Assembly (NCBI GenBank): GCA_910579965.1
Contig: CAJTWF010000003.1
Location: forward strand, 308 to 64,307
Direction of reading: 5' to 3'
DNA length: 64,000 nt
Source of the DNA: an uncultured Oscillospiraceae bacterium
Lineage (GTDB): Bacteria > Bacillota > Clostridia > Oscillospirales > Oscillospiraceae
Positions 8,107-16,639 of the stretch are shown here, one piece after another. Numbering within the stretch: position 1 is the stretch's first letter; each line of letters begins with the position of its first letter. The notes under the pieces were generated by a model that did no database searches, was not told the origin of the DNA, and saw nothing but the letters and a program-made list of their open reading frames with translations. Made by a program: the position numbers and the translations under genes.

Positions 8107-8130
8107 TTAACGAGGGAGGGAGGGGTCCAT

Positions 8131-8589
8131 TTGAAGATATCTGCCAAGAGCCGCTACGCCCTGCACCTGATGCTAGCCCTGGCCATGCAGGAGGAGGGCG
8201 TGAACCTGTCGGTGAAGTCGGTGGCCGAGCAGCAGGGCATCAGCGAGAAGTACCTGGAGCAGATCATCCCCGTGCTGGTGCGCAGCGGTCTGGTGCGCAG
8301 CGTCCGGGGGGCCCGCGGGGGCTACCACCTGGTCAAGAGCCCGGAGGACTACACCGTGGGCCTGATCCTGCGGACCGTGGAGGGCAGCATCGCCCCTGTC
8401 TCCTGCCTGGACGACGCGGTCAACCAGTGCGCCCGGTGCAAGGAGTGCGCCACCCTGGCTCTGTGGGAGCAGGTGGACCAGGCCATCAGCAATGTGGTGG
8501 ACCACGTGACCCTGGCCGATCTGGTGGACAAGCAGCGGCGCATCGACGCCCGGTGCACCGCCGGCCGGGGGCAGCGGGGGAACTGTTGA
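8131..8589 (+). CDS. Rrf2-family transcriptional regulator (IscR/CymR-like, with Cys cluster)
   Basis: TTG start. MKISAKSRYALHLMLALA... winged-HTH typical of Rrf2. C-terminal Cys motif (VSCLDDAVNQCARCKEC) suggests an Fe-S ligand set. Confidence 0.9.
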   Translation: MKISAKSRYALHLMLALAMQEEGVNLSVKSVAEQQGISEKYLEQIIPVLVRSGLVRSVRGARGGYHLVKSPEDYTVGLILRTVEGSIAPVSCLDDAVNQCARCKECATLALWEQVDQAISNVVDHVTLADLVDKQRRIDARCTAGRGQRGNC

Positions 8590-8754
8590 GCCCCCCTATT
8601 TCCGCGCACAGGAGAGGCGTTCATCCGGGCCGCTGACAGGGAAATCCATTTTTCGAAGGACGCTGTCTCCTGTAAGCCCGCCCCTACAGGACCCCCGCAC
8701 ACCTCCAGCTTGCCGCAGGAAAATCTGATATCCCTGGGCTGCTGAAAAAAGAAC

Positions 8755-8817
8755 TTGACTTTTCTCCCTCCCCGCCGTATGATAGGGATAACAGTAACTC
8801 CTATTTCCATATAGGGA
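8755..8817 (+). promoter_or_regulatory. candidate nifS promoter with three ATAGGGA/TCCTAT half-sites
   Basis: TTGACT, 17 nt, TATGAT (8755-8783). Followed by ATAGGGA (8782-8788), CTCCTAT (8798-8804) and ATAGGGA (8811-8817). Confidence 0.4.
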
Positions 8818-8870
8818 TTTAGGAGAAGATACCGGGGACGCGCCCCGAAGGAAGAAAGAAGGAACCGCCC

Positions 8871-10058
8871 ATGTTTGTTTACGCTGACAACGCGGCCACC
8901 ACCGCCATGAGCAAGGCCGCCATTGACGCCATGACCCCCGCCATGCACCAGCTCTACGGCAACCCCAGCAGCCTCCACCAGAAGGGCCGGGAGGCCAACT
9001 ACGCGCTGATGGACGCCCGGGAGACCGTGGCCCGGTGCCTCAACGCCCAGCCCAGGGAGATCTACTTCACCGGCTGCGGCACGGAGTCGGACAACTGGGC
9101 CATCACCGAGGGGGCCCGCCTGGGGGCGGAGCAGGGCAAGAGGCACATCATCTCTGACCCCATCGAGCACCACGCCGTGCTCCACACCCTGGCCAAGCTG
9201 GAGAAGCAGGGCTTTGAGGTCACCTACCTGCCGGTCCACGAGGACGGCGTGGTGCGCCTGGAGGATCTGGCCGCCGCCATCCGCCCGGACACCTGCCTGG
9301 TGACCATCATGTTCTCCAACAACGAGATCGGCACTGTCCAGCCCATCCGGGAGATCGGGGCCCTGTGCCGGGAGCGGGGAGTCCTCTTCCACACCGACGC
9401 GGTCCAGGCGGTGGGCCACCTGCCCATAGACGTGGCGGCGGACAACATCGACATGCTCTCCCTCTCCGGCCACAAGTTCCACGCCCCCAAGGGCGTCGGC
9501 GCGCTGTACTGCAAGAAGAGCGTGCCCATCAGGAACTTCATCGAGGGCGGCGCCCAGGAGCGGGGCCGCCGGGGCGGCACCGAGGCCATCCCGGCCATTC
9601 TGGCCATGGCGGCGGCCATGAAGGACAGCTGCGAGCACATGGAGGAGAACATGGCCCGCGTCTCCGCCATGCGGGATAAGCTCATCGACGGGCTGAGCAA
9701 AATCCCCCGCTCCCGCTGCAACGGCAGTCCGGACCACCGGGCCCCGGGCCTCGTCAGCTTCTGCTTTGAGGGCATCGAGGGGGAGAGCCTGCTGCTGCGG
9801 CTGGATCTGGCCGGCATCTGCGCCAGCTCCGGCAGCGCCTGCACCAGCGGCTCCCTGGACCCCAGCCACGTACTGCTGGCCCTGGGTATGCCCCACGAGA
9901 TCGCCCACGGCTCCCTGCGGCTGAGCCTGTCCGAGTACAATACCATGGAAGAGGTGGACTACATTCTCCAGCAGGTGCCGGAGGTGGTGCGCACCCTGCG
10001 GCAGATGAGCCCCGTGTGGTCCCGCATGCTGGAGACCATGGAGGACCCCTACCAATAA
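8871..10058 (+). CDS. nifS: cysteine desulfurase NifS/IscS type
   Basis: 395-aa ORF. PLP-Lys motif SLSGHKFHAPKG, active-site loop SSGSACTSG, and family-typical N-terminus YADNAATT. Confidence 0.95.
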   Translation: MFVYADNAATTAMSKAAIDAMTPAMHQLYGNPSSLHQKGREANYALMDARETVARCLNAQPREIYFTGCGTESDNWAITEGARLGAEQGKRHIISDPIEHHAVLHTLAKLEKQGFEVTYLPVHEDGVVRLEDLAAAIRPDTCLVTIMFSNNEIGTVQPIREIGALCRERGVLFHTDAVQAVGHLPIDVAADNIDMLSLSGHKFHAPKGVGALYCKKSVPIRNFIEGGAQERGRRGGTEAIPAILAMAAAMKDSCEHMEENMARVSAMRDKLIDGLSKIPRSRCNGSPDHRAPGLVSFCFEGIEGESLLLRLDLAGICASSGSACTSGSLDPSHVLLALGMPHEIAHGSLRLSLSEYNTMEEVDYILQQVPEVVRTLRQMSPVWSRMLETMEDPYQ

Positions 10059-10098
10059 ACAGGATTTTCATCCGGATCAGAAAGGACGAATAGAAGCT

Positions 10099-10551
10099 AT
10101 GGCAATGGAATACAGCGAAAAGGTGATGGAGCATTTCGCCCATCCCCACAACGTGGGCACACTGGAGGACGCCAACGGCGTAGGCGAGGTGGGCAACGCC
10201 AAGTGCGGCGACATTATGCGCATGTACCTGAAGATCAGCGACGACGAGGTCATTGAGGACGTGAAGTTCCAGACCTTCGGCTGCGCCTCCGCAATCGCCA
10301 CCAGCTCCATCGCAACGGACATGATTAAGGGCCGGCCCCTCAAGGACGCCCTCACCCTGACCAACAAGGCGGTGGTGGTGGCTCTGGACGGCCTGCCGGC
10401 GGTGAAGATTCACTGCTCGGTCCTTGCGGAGCAGGCGGTGAAGGCCGCCGTGGCGGACTACTACAAGCGCAAGGGCATCCCCTTCGAGTCCCCCTGTGAC
10501 CAGTGCGGCGGCGAGGGCTGCTGCGGCCATGACCACGGCTGCGAGGAATAA
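10099..10551 (+). CDS. nifU: Fe-S cluster assembly scaffold NifU/IscU
   Basis: 150-aa ORF. YSEKVMEHFAHPHNVG, GNAKCGD, FGCASAIA and HCS motifs of U-type scaffolds, plus a Cys-rich C-terminal tail. Confidence 0.93.
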   Translation: MAMEYSEKVMEHFAHPHNVGTLEDANGVGEVGNAKCGDIMRMYLKISDDEVIEDVKFQTFGCASAIATSSIATDMIKGRPLKDALTLTNKAVVVALDGLPAVKIHCSVLAEQAVKAAVADYYKRKGIPFESPCDQCGGEGCCGHDHGCEE

Positions 10552-10568
10552 TCTCAGACATATTGCAG

Positions 10569-10605
10569 GCGCCCGAATGGTTCTGACCATTCGGGCGCTT
10601 TTTTC
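10569..10605 (+). terminator. intrinsic terminator of the Rrf2-nifS-nifU operon
   Basis: GCGCCCGAATGG-TTCTGA-CCATTCGGGCGC followed by TTTTTT. Confidence 0.85.
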
Positions 10606-10660
10606 CTGCCAATACCGCTGATATCTCACGAGGGCCGCCGCTCCGCTGCGGGACAGCCGG

Positions 10661-11647
10661 TCACGCTCTCTTCTTTCCGCCCTCCCGCAGCCGCCGCCAC
10701 AGCCGCCGCACCCGGGGGCCGCAGGCCAGCTTCGCCGCCTCCCTGGCGGCGCGGCCGGGCTCCATGCCGCCGTGGACCAGCAGCCACACCAGGGCCGCCG
10801 CCCCCCGCCCCCGCTGGTTGTGCCTGAGCGCCAGGGCGTACCGCCGGTCCATCTTCCACAGGGCGATCCGCCGCCGCTCCCCGGGCGATTCCACGGGGCA
10901 GAGGGCCGCCAGCTCGTCCACCAGGTCCTCAAAGTCCGCGTATTTTTTCTCCTCCTCCCCCTCTGTCAGAGGGCGGCGGGAATGGCTGTCCGGGGAGACA
11001 TGGACCGTGTACAGCGCCTCCGGAATGGTGGGACACCGGTGGCGGTACAGGAACGGCAGGAGCATCTGAAAATTCTGCCCCACGTCGTACTCCGGGATCT
11101 GCCGCCGGGGGTAGATGGCGAAGAACGCCTCGCATCGCAGCATGTAGCACCCGCAGCAAACAAAGCTCTGCCCCGTCAGGACCGGGAAGAACAGCTCCTC
11201 TCCCGCCCAGTCCGTCATATTCTCCTGGGGCGGGCAGGGGCCGCCGTCCGGGCCCAGATAGCGGCCCAGGGAGCGGACGCACTGGTACTGTGGGTTGGCC
11301 GTCAGGAAGTCCGCCCGCCGGCGGATGGAGCTGGGGTGGAGCTCGTCGTCGCTGTCCGGCCAGATGAGATATTCCCCTGTCGCCAGGGGCAGGGCCCGGT
11401 TAATGGCGGCGGAGGCGTTCCGGTGCTCCCCGGTCACGATCCTCAGGGCGTAGCCCCGCCGGCGGAACCTGTCCCGGAAGGCCCGGGCCGCCGCCAGCGT
11501 CCCGTCCCGGGATCCGTCGTCCGAGAGGATCATCTCCACGTCCTCCCAGCTCTGGGCCAGCACCGATTCCAGCAGCCGGTGCAGGTGCTTCTCCCCGTTG
11601 TACACCGGCGTCACCACGGACACCCTGTTTTTTACAAAGTCCCCCAT
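10661..11647 (-). CDS. family-2 glycosyltransferase (last gene of polysaccharide locus)
   Basis: 328 aa. VSVVTPVYNGEKHL...DDGSRDGT...DSDDEL (GT-A DXD) pattern. Confidence 0.85.
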   Translation of the reverse strand: MGDFVKNRVSVVTPVYNGEKHLHRLLESVLAQSWEDVEMILSDDGSRDGTLAAARAFRDRFRRRGYALRIVTGEHRNASAAINRALPLATGEYLIWPDSDDELHPSSIRRRADFLTANPQYQCVRSLGRYLGPDGGPCPPQENMTDWAGEELFFPVLTGQSFVCCGCYMLRCEAFFAIYPRRQIPEYDVGQNFQMLLPFLYRHRCPTIPEALYTVHVSPDSHSRRPLTEGEEEKKYADFEDLVDELAALCPVESPGERRRIALWKMDRRYALALRHNQRGRGAAALVWLLVHGGMEPGRAAREAAKLACGPRVRRLWRRLREGGKKRA

Positions 11648-11648
11648 G

Positions 11649-13340
11649 TCACCGCACCCTCACCAGCCGCCGGTTCTCCAGCCTGTACACCCGCTCGCAG
11701 GCCTCGGCCAGGCTCATGTGGTGGGTCACCATCAGCAGGGTCTTCTGTCCCCGCATCTGCCGGACAGCGTCAATGACCGCCCGCTCGGTGTCCACGTCCA
11801 GGGCGGCGGTGGCCTCGTCCATGATGAGGATCTCGGACTCCTTGTACAGCGCCCGGGCCAGGGCGATCCGCTGGCGCTGTCCCCCGGAGATGGCCGTGCC
11901 GTTCTGCCCGATGATGGTGTCCAGGCCCTCCGGCATCTCCCGCACGTCCTCCCAGATCTGGGCGCACTCCAGGCACCGGATGATCCGCTCCTCGTCCTCC
12001 TCCGCCGCCATGAAGGCCACGTTGCCCCGGACGGTCTCATCGTTGAGGAAGACGGTCTGGGGGATGTAGCTGACCACCGCCCCCACGTCCCCCCGGCAGG
12101 GCCCCTGGCCGTCCCGGCCCTCCACCAGATCAAAGTCGTCGTACCAGATGTGTCCCCCCTGGGGCCGGAGCAGGCCCAGGAGCAGATCCAGCAGGGTGGT
12201 CTTTCCCCCGCCGGAGGGCCCGATCACCGCAGTGGAGCGCCCCGCCGGGATGTGGATGGAGGCGTTTTCAAAGATCTGCTTCCCGTTGGGGTAGCGGAAG
12301 CACAGGCCCTCCACCCGGATGCCGCTCTCCAGCGTGACGGGCTTCTCCCGCAGGGGGATCCTGTCCGCCTGGGCCCGGCGCAGGGCGCCGTACCGGAGCA
12401 GGGACCCGCGGAGGGCCTCGAAATACCTGGAGGCGAACCGGAGGCCGGTCAGCGCCTCCACAATCCGTTTGGACACCGGGAGCATCCGGGTCAGCAGGGT
12501 AATGAAGATCAGGGCCTGGGGGAGAATGCTGCCCAGCTCCAGCCCGGCGGCCAGCAGGGCCGCCAGCAGCACAAACAGGGCCGACTGCATCACGTCCCGC
12601 AGCACCACCCCCTGGAGGCCCCGGGTGAAGTCGTAGTCCTTCTGGATCCGGGCGCACTCCCCGCTGGCCCGGCGGTACTTCTCCAGCAGGTTCCCCCGCC
12701 GGGCGTCGATTTTGATCTCCTTGTAGGACCCGAACATGGTGGACACCATCCCGCTGGCCCGGATCTCCAGCCGCCGCCGCTTCTCCCCGTACCGGACGGC
12801 GTAGATCCGGCCCCGGCAGTAGAGGCCCGCCATCAGAGCCGCCAGCAGGACGCAGCTGGCCGCGCCCACGCCCCGGGCCGCATAGATCATGGCCAGCGCG
12901 TAGGCCGCCGTGGTCAGCCCGTCCACCGCCAGCCCCAGGCAGGCGGGGATCATCCCGGCGCAGACGGCGGGGTCATTCCGGGCGCCGCTGACCGCCTCCA
13001 TGGCGGTTCTCCGGTTGTGGTCCTCCAGCTCCTCCATGCCGTAGAGCTCGTAGAGCTTCACAGACCAGCTGTGGGCAACGTCCGTCACCAGGGCGGTGGC
13101 GGCCCGGCCCCGCAGCAGCTCAAAGGCCCCCACCGCCAGCAGCGCCAGAGCCACAAGGGCCATCCGCGCCGCCAGCGGGCCGGAGGAGCCCTGGTCAAAG
13201 GCCTGCTGGAGGAGGGGGATCATCATGGACACGCCGGCCAGATCCGCCGCCGGGGCCATGAGGCACAGGGGTACAAACCGGGCCAGGGCCGCCCGCTCCG
13301 GCGGATCCAGGAGCCGGAGAAGCTCTCTAAACGTTCCCAT
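11649..13340 (-). CDS. ABC exporter, fused permease/ATPase (MsbA-like half transporter)
   Basis: Six-TM N-terminal half. Walker A GPSGGGKTT, signature SGGQRQR, Walker B ILIMDEAT. ATG 13340 preferred (10 nt after GGAGG) over the track start GTG 13349. Confidence 0.88.
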   Translation of the reverse strand: MGTFRELLRLLDPPERAALARFVPLCLMAPAADLAGVSMMIPLLQQAFDQGSSGPLAARMALVALALLAVGAFELLRGRAATALVTDVAHSWSVKLYELYGMEELEDHNRRTAMEAVSGARNDPAVCAGMIPACLGLAVDGLTTAAYALAMIYAARGVGAASCVLLAALMAGLYCRGRIYAVRYGEKRRRLEIRASGMVSTMFGSYKEIKIDARRGNLLEKYRRASGECARIQKDYDFTRGLQGVVLRDVMQSALFVLLAALLAAGLELGSILPQALIFITLLTRMLPVSKRIVEALTGLRFASRYFEALRGSLLRYGALRRAQADRIPLREKPVTLESGIRVEGLCFRYPNGKQIFENASIHIPAGRSTAVIGPSGGGKTTLLDLLLGLLRPQGGHIWYDDFDLVEGRDGQGPCRGDVGAVVSYIPQTVFLNDETVRGNVAFMAAEEDEERIIRCLECAQIWEDVREMPEGLDTIIGQNGTAISGGQRQRIALARALYKESEILIMDEATAALDVDTERAVIDAVRQMRGQKTLLMVTHHMSLAEACERVYRLENRRLVRVR

Positions 13341-13373
13341 GGACAACACGCCTCCTCAGCAGAATAGGTGCGG

Positions 13374-14453
13374 TCACAGCCGCCGGAAAAGCCGGAGCCA
13401 GAGGGAGAAGGGGAGCAGCCGCCAGAGGGCCATATACGCCCCCCGTCCGGGCCGCTCCGCCGTGGGCTCCCGCAGCCTGGGCTGGCTGTCGTTGGCAATC
13501 TCCTCCACGCCGCAGGCGAACCACTCCGTCTCCTGGCGGACCCGCCGCCACAGTGCCTCCCCGGCCTCCGTGCGGCAGAGGACCGCCGAGCAGCCCATGC
13601 CGTCGTCAAACCCGGGCCGGACCGTCTCGATCCCCCAGAAATCCCCCAGGGTGATGTCACTGCCCCTGGCCGGGGTGCAGTACCGGCAGCGGAAGCAGGA
13701 GGGCCGCAGGTTCACGCGGCTGAAGTAGGACCTGCAATACAGGTCCCTGTCCAGGGGCCAGACCAGCTCCTTCTCCCCGATCAGGGCCGCGCAGGTGCGG
13801 CCGCTGTCCCGGTTCCGCTTGTCCCGGAAGGAGAAGCTGTGAAGGGGTCCCCTATAGCGCCGCTCCAGCCAGGCCCCGTACCGCCGCCAGATCCCCGGGG
13901 AGGGGACGCCGTAGCAGATCAGATCCGCCAGGATCCACCCGCCCCGGTCCTCCCCCAGGCGTACGCGCACCGCGTCCGCCTGGCAGGGGGTGCCGCAGAA
14001 GAGGACCGGCCGGCCCCTGGCCGCCGGATCCCGCAGCCCCTCCCACACCGCCGCGAGATCGCTCTGCACATATTTGGTCCGGGCGATGGCGGGGAGATCC
14101 TCCGGGGAGCGGATCTCCCGGTGGCGCACAACGCCGTCCGGGTCCATGGCCGCGCCCCACACGCTCCCCCCGTCCGCCAGCACCCGGGCCGCCAGCAGGG
14201 GGAATATCCCCCCGGAGGACCCCAGCAGCCGGACCCGGTCCTCCCTGGCCCGGGCCCCGAAGCAGGCGGCCGGACTTGGCGCGGGATCCTCCCGCCGGAG
14301 AGGGCACGCCTCCCGGCACAGGGCGCAGTCCGTACAGGCTGCCTCCAGCGCGGGGTACAGAAACCCCTCCCGGTCCTCCTCCATCCGGAGAGCGCCCCCG
14401 GGGCAGACCGCCGCGCACGCGCCGCAGCCTGTACACAATTTCCGCTCAACCAT
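13374..14453 (-). CDS. FrhB-like (coenzyme F420 hydrogenase/dehydrogenase beta family) Fe-S flavoprotein
   Basis: N-terminal 2x CxxCxxC(x)3CP ferredoxin motifs (CTGCGACAAVCP, CTDCALCREACP) followed by an FrhB-type C-terminal region. Lies in the same cluster as a pyruvyl transferase, two genes away. Confidence 0.75.
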   Translation of the reverse strand: MVERKLCTGCGACAAVCPGGALRMEEDREGFLYPALEAACTDCALCREACPLRREDPAPSPAACFGARAREDRVRLLGSSGGIFPLLAARVLADGGSVWGAAMDPDGVVRHREIRSPEDLPAIARTKYVQSDLAAVWEGLRDPAARGRPVLFCGTPCQADAVRVRLGEDRGGWILADLICYGVPSPGIWRRYGAWLERRYRGPLHSFSFRDKRNRDSGRTCAALIGEKELVWPLDRDLYCRSYFSRVNLRPSCFRCRYCTPARGSDITLGDFWGIETVRPGFDDGMGCSAVLCRTEAGEALWRRVRQETEWFACGVEEIANDSQPRLREPTAERPGRGAYMALWRLLPFSLWLRLFRRL

Positions 14454-15480
14454 TCCAGCCCCGCTCCTCTCTCCGCCGGGCCTGCTCCCGCCGCTGCCAC
14501 TGCCAGGTGGAGAAGCGGTGCATGGGCAGGTACAGGGGGTAGCACCAGAAGGCCAGATAGTGCTTCCACCGCTCCCGCCGTCTCAGCAGGCGGAAGCGGT
14601 CCGTGGCCGCCTCCTCCCTGGCCAGCCGCCGCAGATAGGCGGACAGCTCCCGGCGGCCGCCCTGGCGGCTGCGGACGTAGAGCCGCCGCAGCTGGGCGGA
14701 GGCCACCTGGGCCCAGAAGACGGCCGCGGCCGGCCGGTCCTTCTCCCGCTCCCAGATGTAGGCCCAGCACCTGCGGCTGTCCGCGCAGGAGGCCACGGAC
14801 ATGCTCTGGCTGGCGTTTGTCCCGTGTTTCCGGTAGGCGTACCACTCCTCCCACAGGATCACCGCGTCCATGCCCTGCTCCAGCAGCCTGTAGACAAAGA
14901 TGGTGTCCTCCCCGTTGCCCAGGGTCTCGTCGAACCGGAGCGCCCCCAGGGCCTCCCGGCGGACCAGCTTGCCGCCGATGCCGTGGAAGTTGTAGCCGTT
15001 TTCCCGGGAGGAGAACTGCCGGAGCGCCTCCCGGTTGTCCATGTAGGTGTACTCCCATCTGCGGCTGTCCTCCTCGTTGAGGCAGTCCAGAAAGTCACGG
15101 GGCTCCACGGCCTCCACATGGCGGTACACCTCTGTGGCCAGAGCCGCCCCGGTGGCCTGGCACAGCTCCAGCAGAGCCTCCAGCAGCCGGGGGTGCATGG
15201 CGTCGTCGCTGTCCAGAAAGAACACATACGTCCCCCTGGCGGCCTCCAGCCCCGCGTTTCTGGCCGCAGACACGCCCTGGTGGGGCCGGGACAGCAGCCG
15301 GACGCGGCTGTCCTCCCTGCACAGGGCCTGACAGACCTCCCTGCTGCCGTCCTGGGAGCCGTCGTCGATGAGCAGCAGCTCAAAGCTGGGGTATGTCTGG
15401 TCCAGCACGGACCGGACGCACCGGGGAAGATACGCCTCGGTGTTATAGACCGGGACAATAATAGAAATCAGATCCGTCAT
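14446..15480 (-). CDS. family-2 glycosyltransferase
   Basis: Start ATG 15480 (MTDLISIIVPVYNTEAYL) preceded by AGGAGGAGG. DDGSQDGS and DSDD motifs. The upstream part of the 602-aa track ORF overlaps the pyruvyl-transferase gene. Confidence 0.85.
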   Translation of the reverse strand: MTDLISIIVPVYNTEAYLPRCVRSVLDQTYPSFELLLIDDGSQDGSREVCQALCREDSRVRLLSRPHQGVSAARNAGLEAARGTYVFFLDSDDAMHPRLLEALLELCQATGAALATEVYRHVEAVEPRDFLDCLNEEDSRRWEYTYMDNREALRQFSSRENGYNFHGIGGKLVRREALGALRFDETLGNGEDTIFVYRLLEQGMDAVILWEEWYAYRKHGTNASQSMSVASCADSRRCWAYIWEREKDRPAAAVFWAQVASAQLRRLYVRSRQGGRRELSAYLRRLAREEAATDRFRLLRRRERWKHYLAFWCYPLYLPMHRFSTWQWQRREQARRREERGWNG

Positions 15481-15506
15481 ACGCCTCCTCCTCATGCAGG
15501 CCGCGC

Positions 15507-16619
15507 CTAAAGATTTTCCAGAATAAACCGCCGGGACGCCGCCCGCTCCTCCGCCAGCCGCCCCCGGACCGCCGCCCAGTCCGTGCCGGTCCACAGGTCC
15601 TCCCGGTCCGGGTCCCACAGCCGGGAGGACAGTCCCAGCTTGCGCAGCAGATCCGTCTGCCGGACACTCCGGCCGCTGTGCCGGAAGGAGAGAAAGGGCT
15701 TCTCCAGCAGCGCGGAGAAGGCCGTGGCGTGGAAGGAGTTGGTGAGCACGCAGCAGGCGCTGCGGATCCAGCCCAGAAACTCCCGCGGGCCGCCGTCCAG
15801 CTCCATTTGGATCCCCGCCAGGGAGCCGGGGTCCCGGGAGAGGGTGTCCGGGCGGGACAGGGACACGATCCGCCGCCCCAGGCGGGCGGAGAGGGCCCGG
15901 GCCTGTCCCATCAGGTCCTCGTTGGGCTGGGTGGCGTAGACCACAATAGCGTCCCCCGCCGCCGGGGGACGGGACAGCGCCTCCCACTCCCCCCGGTCCA
16001 GCAGCAGCACCGGGTCCAGCACATCCCGGACCGGGCGGCCGATGAGCTTTTCCACCCAGTCCGCGTCCGTCCGCTCCCGGAGGGAGACGGCGGAAAAGCC
16101 GCCGCCCACGCATTTCGCGAACTTCTCCCGGTCCTCCGGCAGCAGGGGGTTGCCCCCCAGGCTGGCGGCGTAGGCGGCCAGCCGGCAGTCCCCCCGCCGG
16201 GGGATGCCGCCCACGTATGCGTCGTCCAGATCCACGGTGATGTCCGGGTTCCACACCTGATCGCTGCCCACGAACACAGTCTTATAGGGCGCAAGGGAGA
16301 TATCCGCCGCCCGGCGGATGGGCGGACGGGCCGTCAGATATGTCCGGCGGAAGGCCCGCATTTTCTGCCGCCGCCGCCAGAAGCCGCCGCCCATGGACAG
16401 GTGCCGGGCGAGCATGTACCGGTTCAGCTCGTAGCGGAGCCCCTCTGGCCGCCGCTCCGCGCACACCGGGCACGGCCAGTACCGGCCGGTCAGCTTCACC
16501 GGCGCGTAGGGGATGAGCTCCGTCCGCTCCCCCAGCAGCTCCAGCTGCCGCTTCAGGGCGTAGGCCTGGAGCATGGCCCCATAGTCGTCCGCCCAGTGGA
16601 AGGTCAATATGCCAACCAT
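15507..16619 (-). CDS. polysaccharide pyruvyl transferase family protein
   Basis: Start ATG 16619 (MVGILTFHWADDYGAMLQAYAL) with AAGGAGGAAACC upstream. Pattern typical of CsaB/WcaK-type pyruvyl transferases. Confidence 0.8.
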   Translation of the reverse strand: MVGILTFHWADDYGAMLQAYALKRQLELLGERTELIPYAPVKLTGRYWPCPVCAERRPEGLRYELNRYMLARHLSMGGGFWRRRQKMRAFRRTYLTARPPIRRAADISLAPYKTVFVGSDQVWNPDITVDLDDAYVGGIPRRGDCRLAAYAASLGGNPLLPEDREKFAKCVGGGFSAVSLRERTDADWVEKLIGRPVRDVLDPVLLLDRGEWEALSRPPAAGDAIVVYATQPNEDLMGQARALSARLGRRIVSLSRPDTLSRDPGSLAGIQMELDGGPREFLGWIRSACCVLTNSFHATAFSALLEKPFLSFRHSGRSVRQTDLLRKLGLSSRLWDPDREDLWTGTDWAAVRGRLAEERAASRRFILENL

Positions 16620-16639
16620 GGTTTCCTCCTTCCGGCTTC

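Noticed and set aside
11649-13340. Interpreting the ABC protein as the missing BY-kinase, or as a Wzm/Wzt-type polysaccharide exporter
   Set aside because: It has a full six-helix exporter domain fused to a classic ABC ATPase (Walker A, SGGQRQR signature, Walker B). That matches an MsbA-like half transporter. It is neither a Walker-A tyrosine kinase nor a separate Wzm/Wzt pair.
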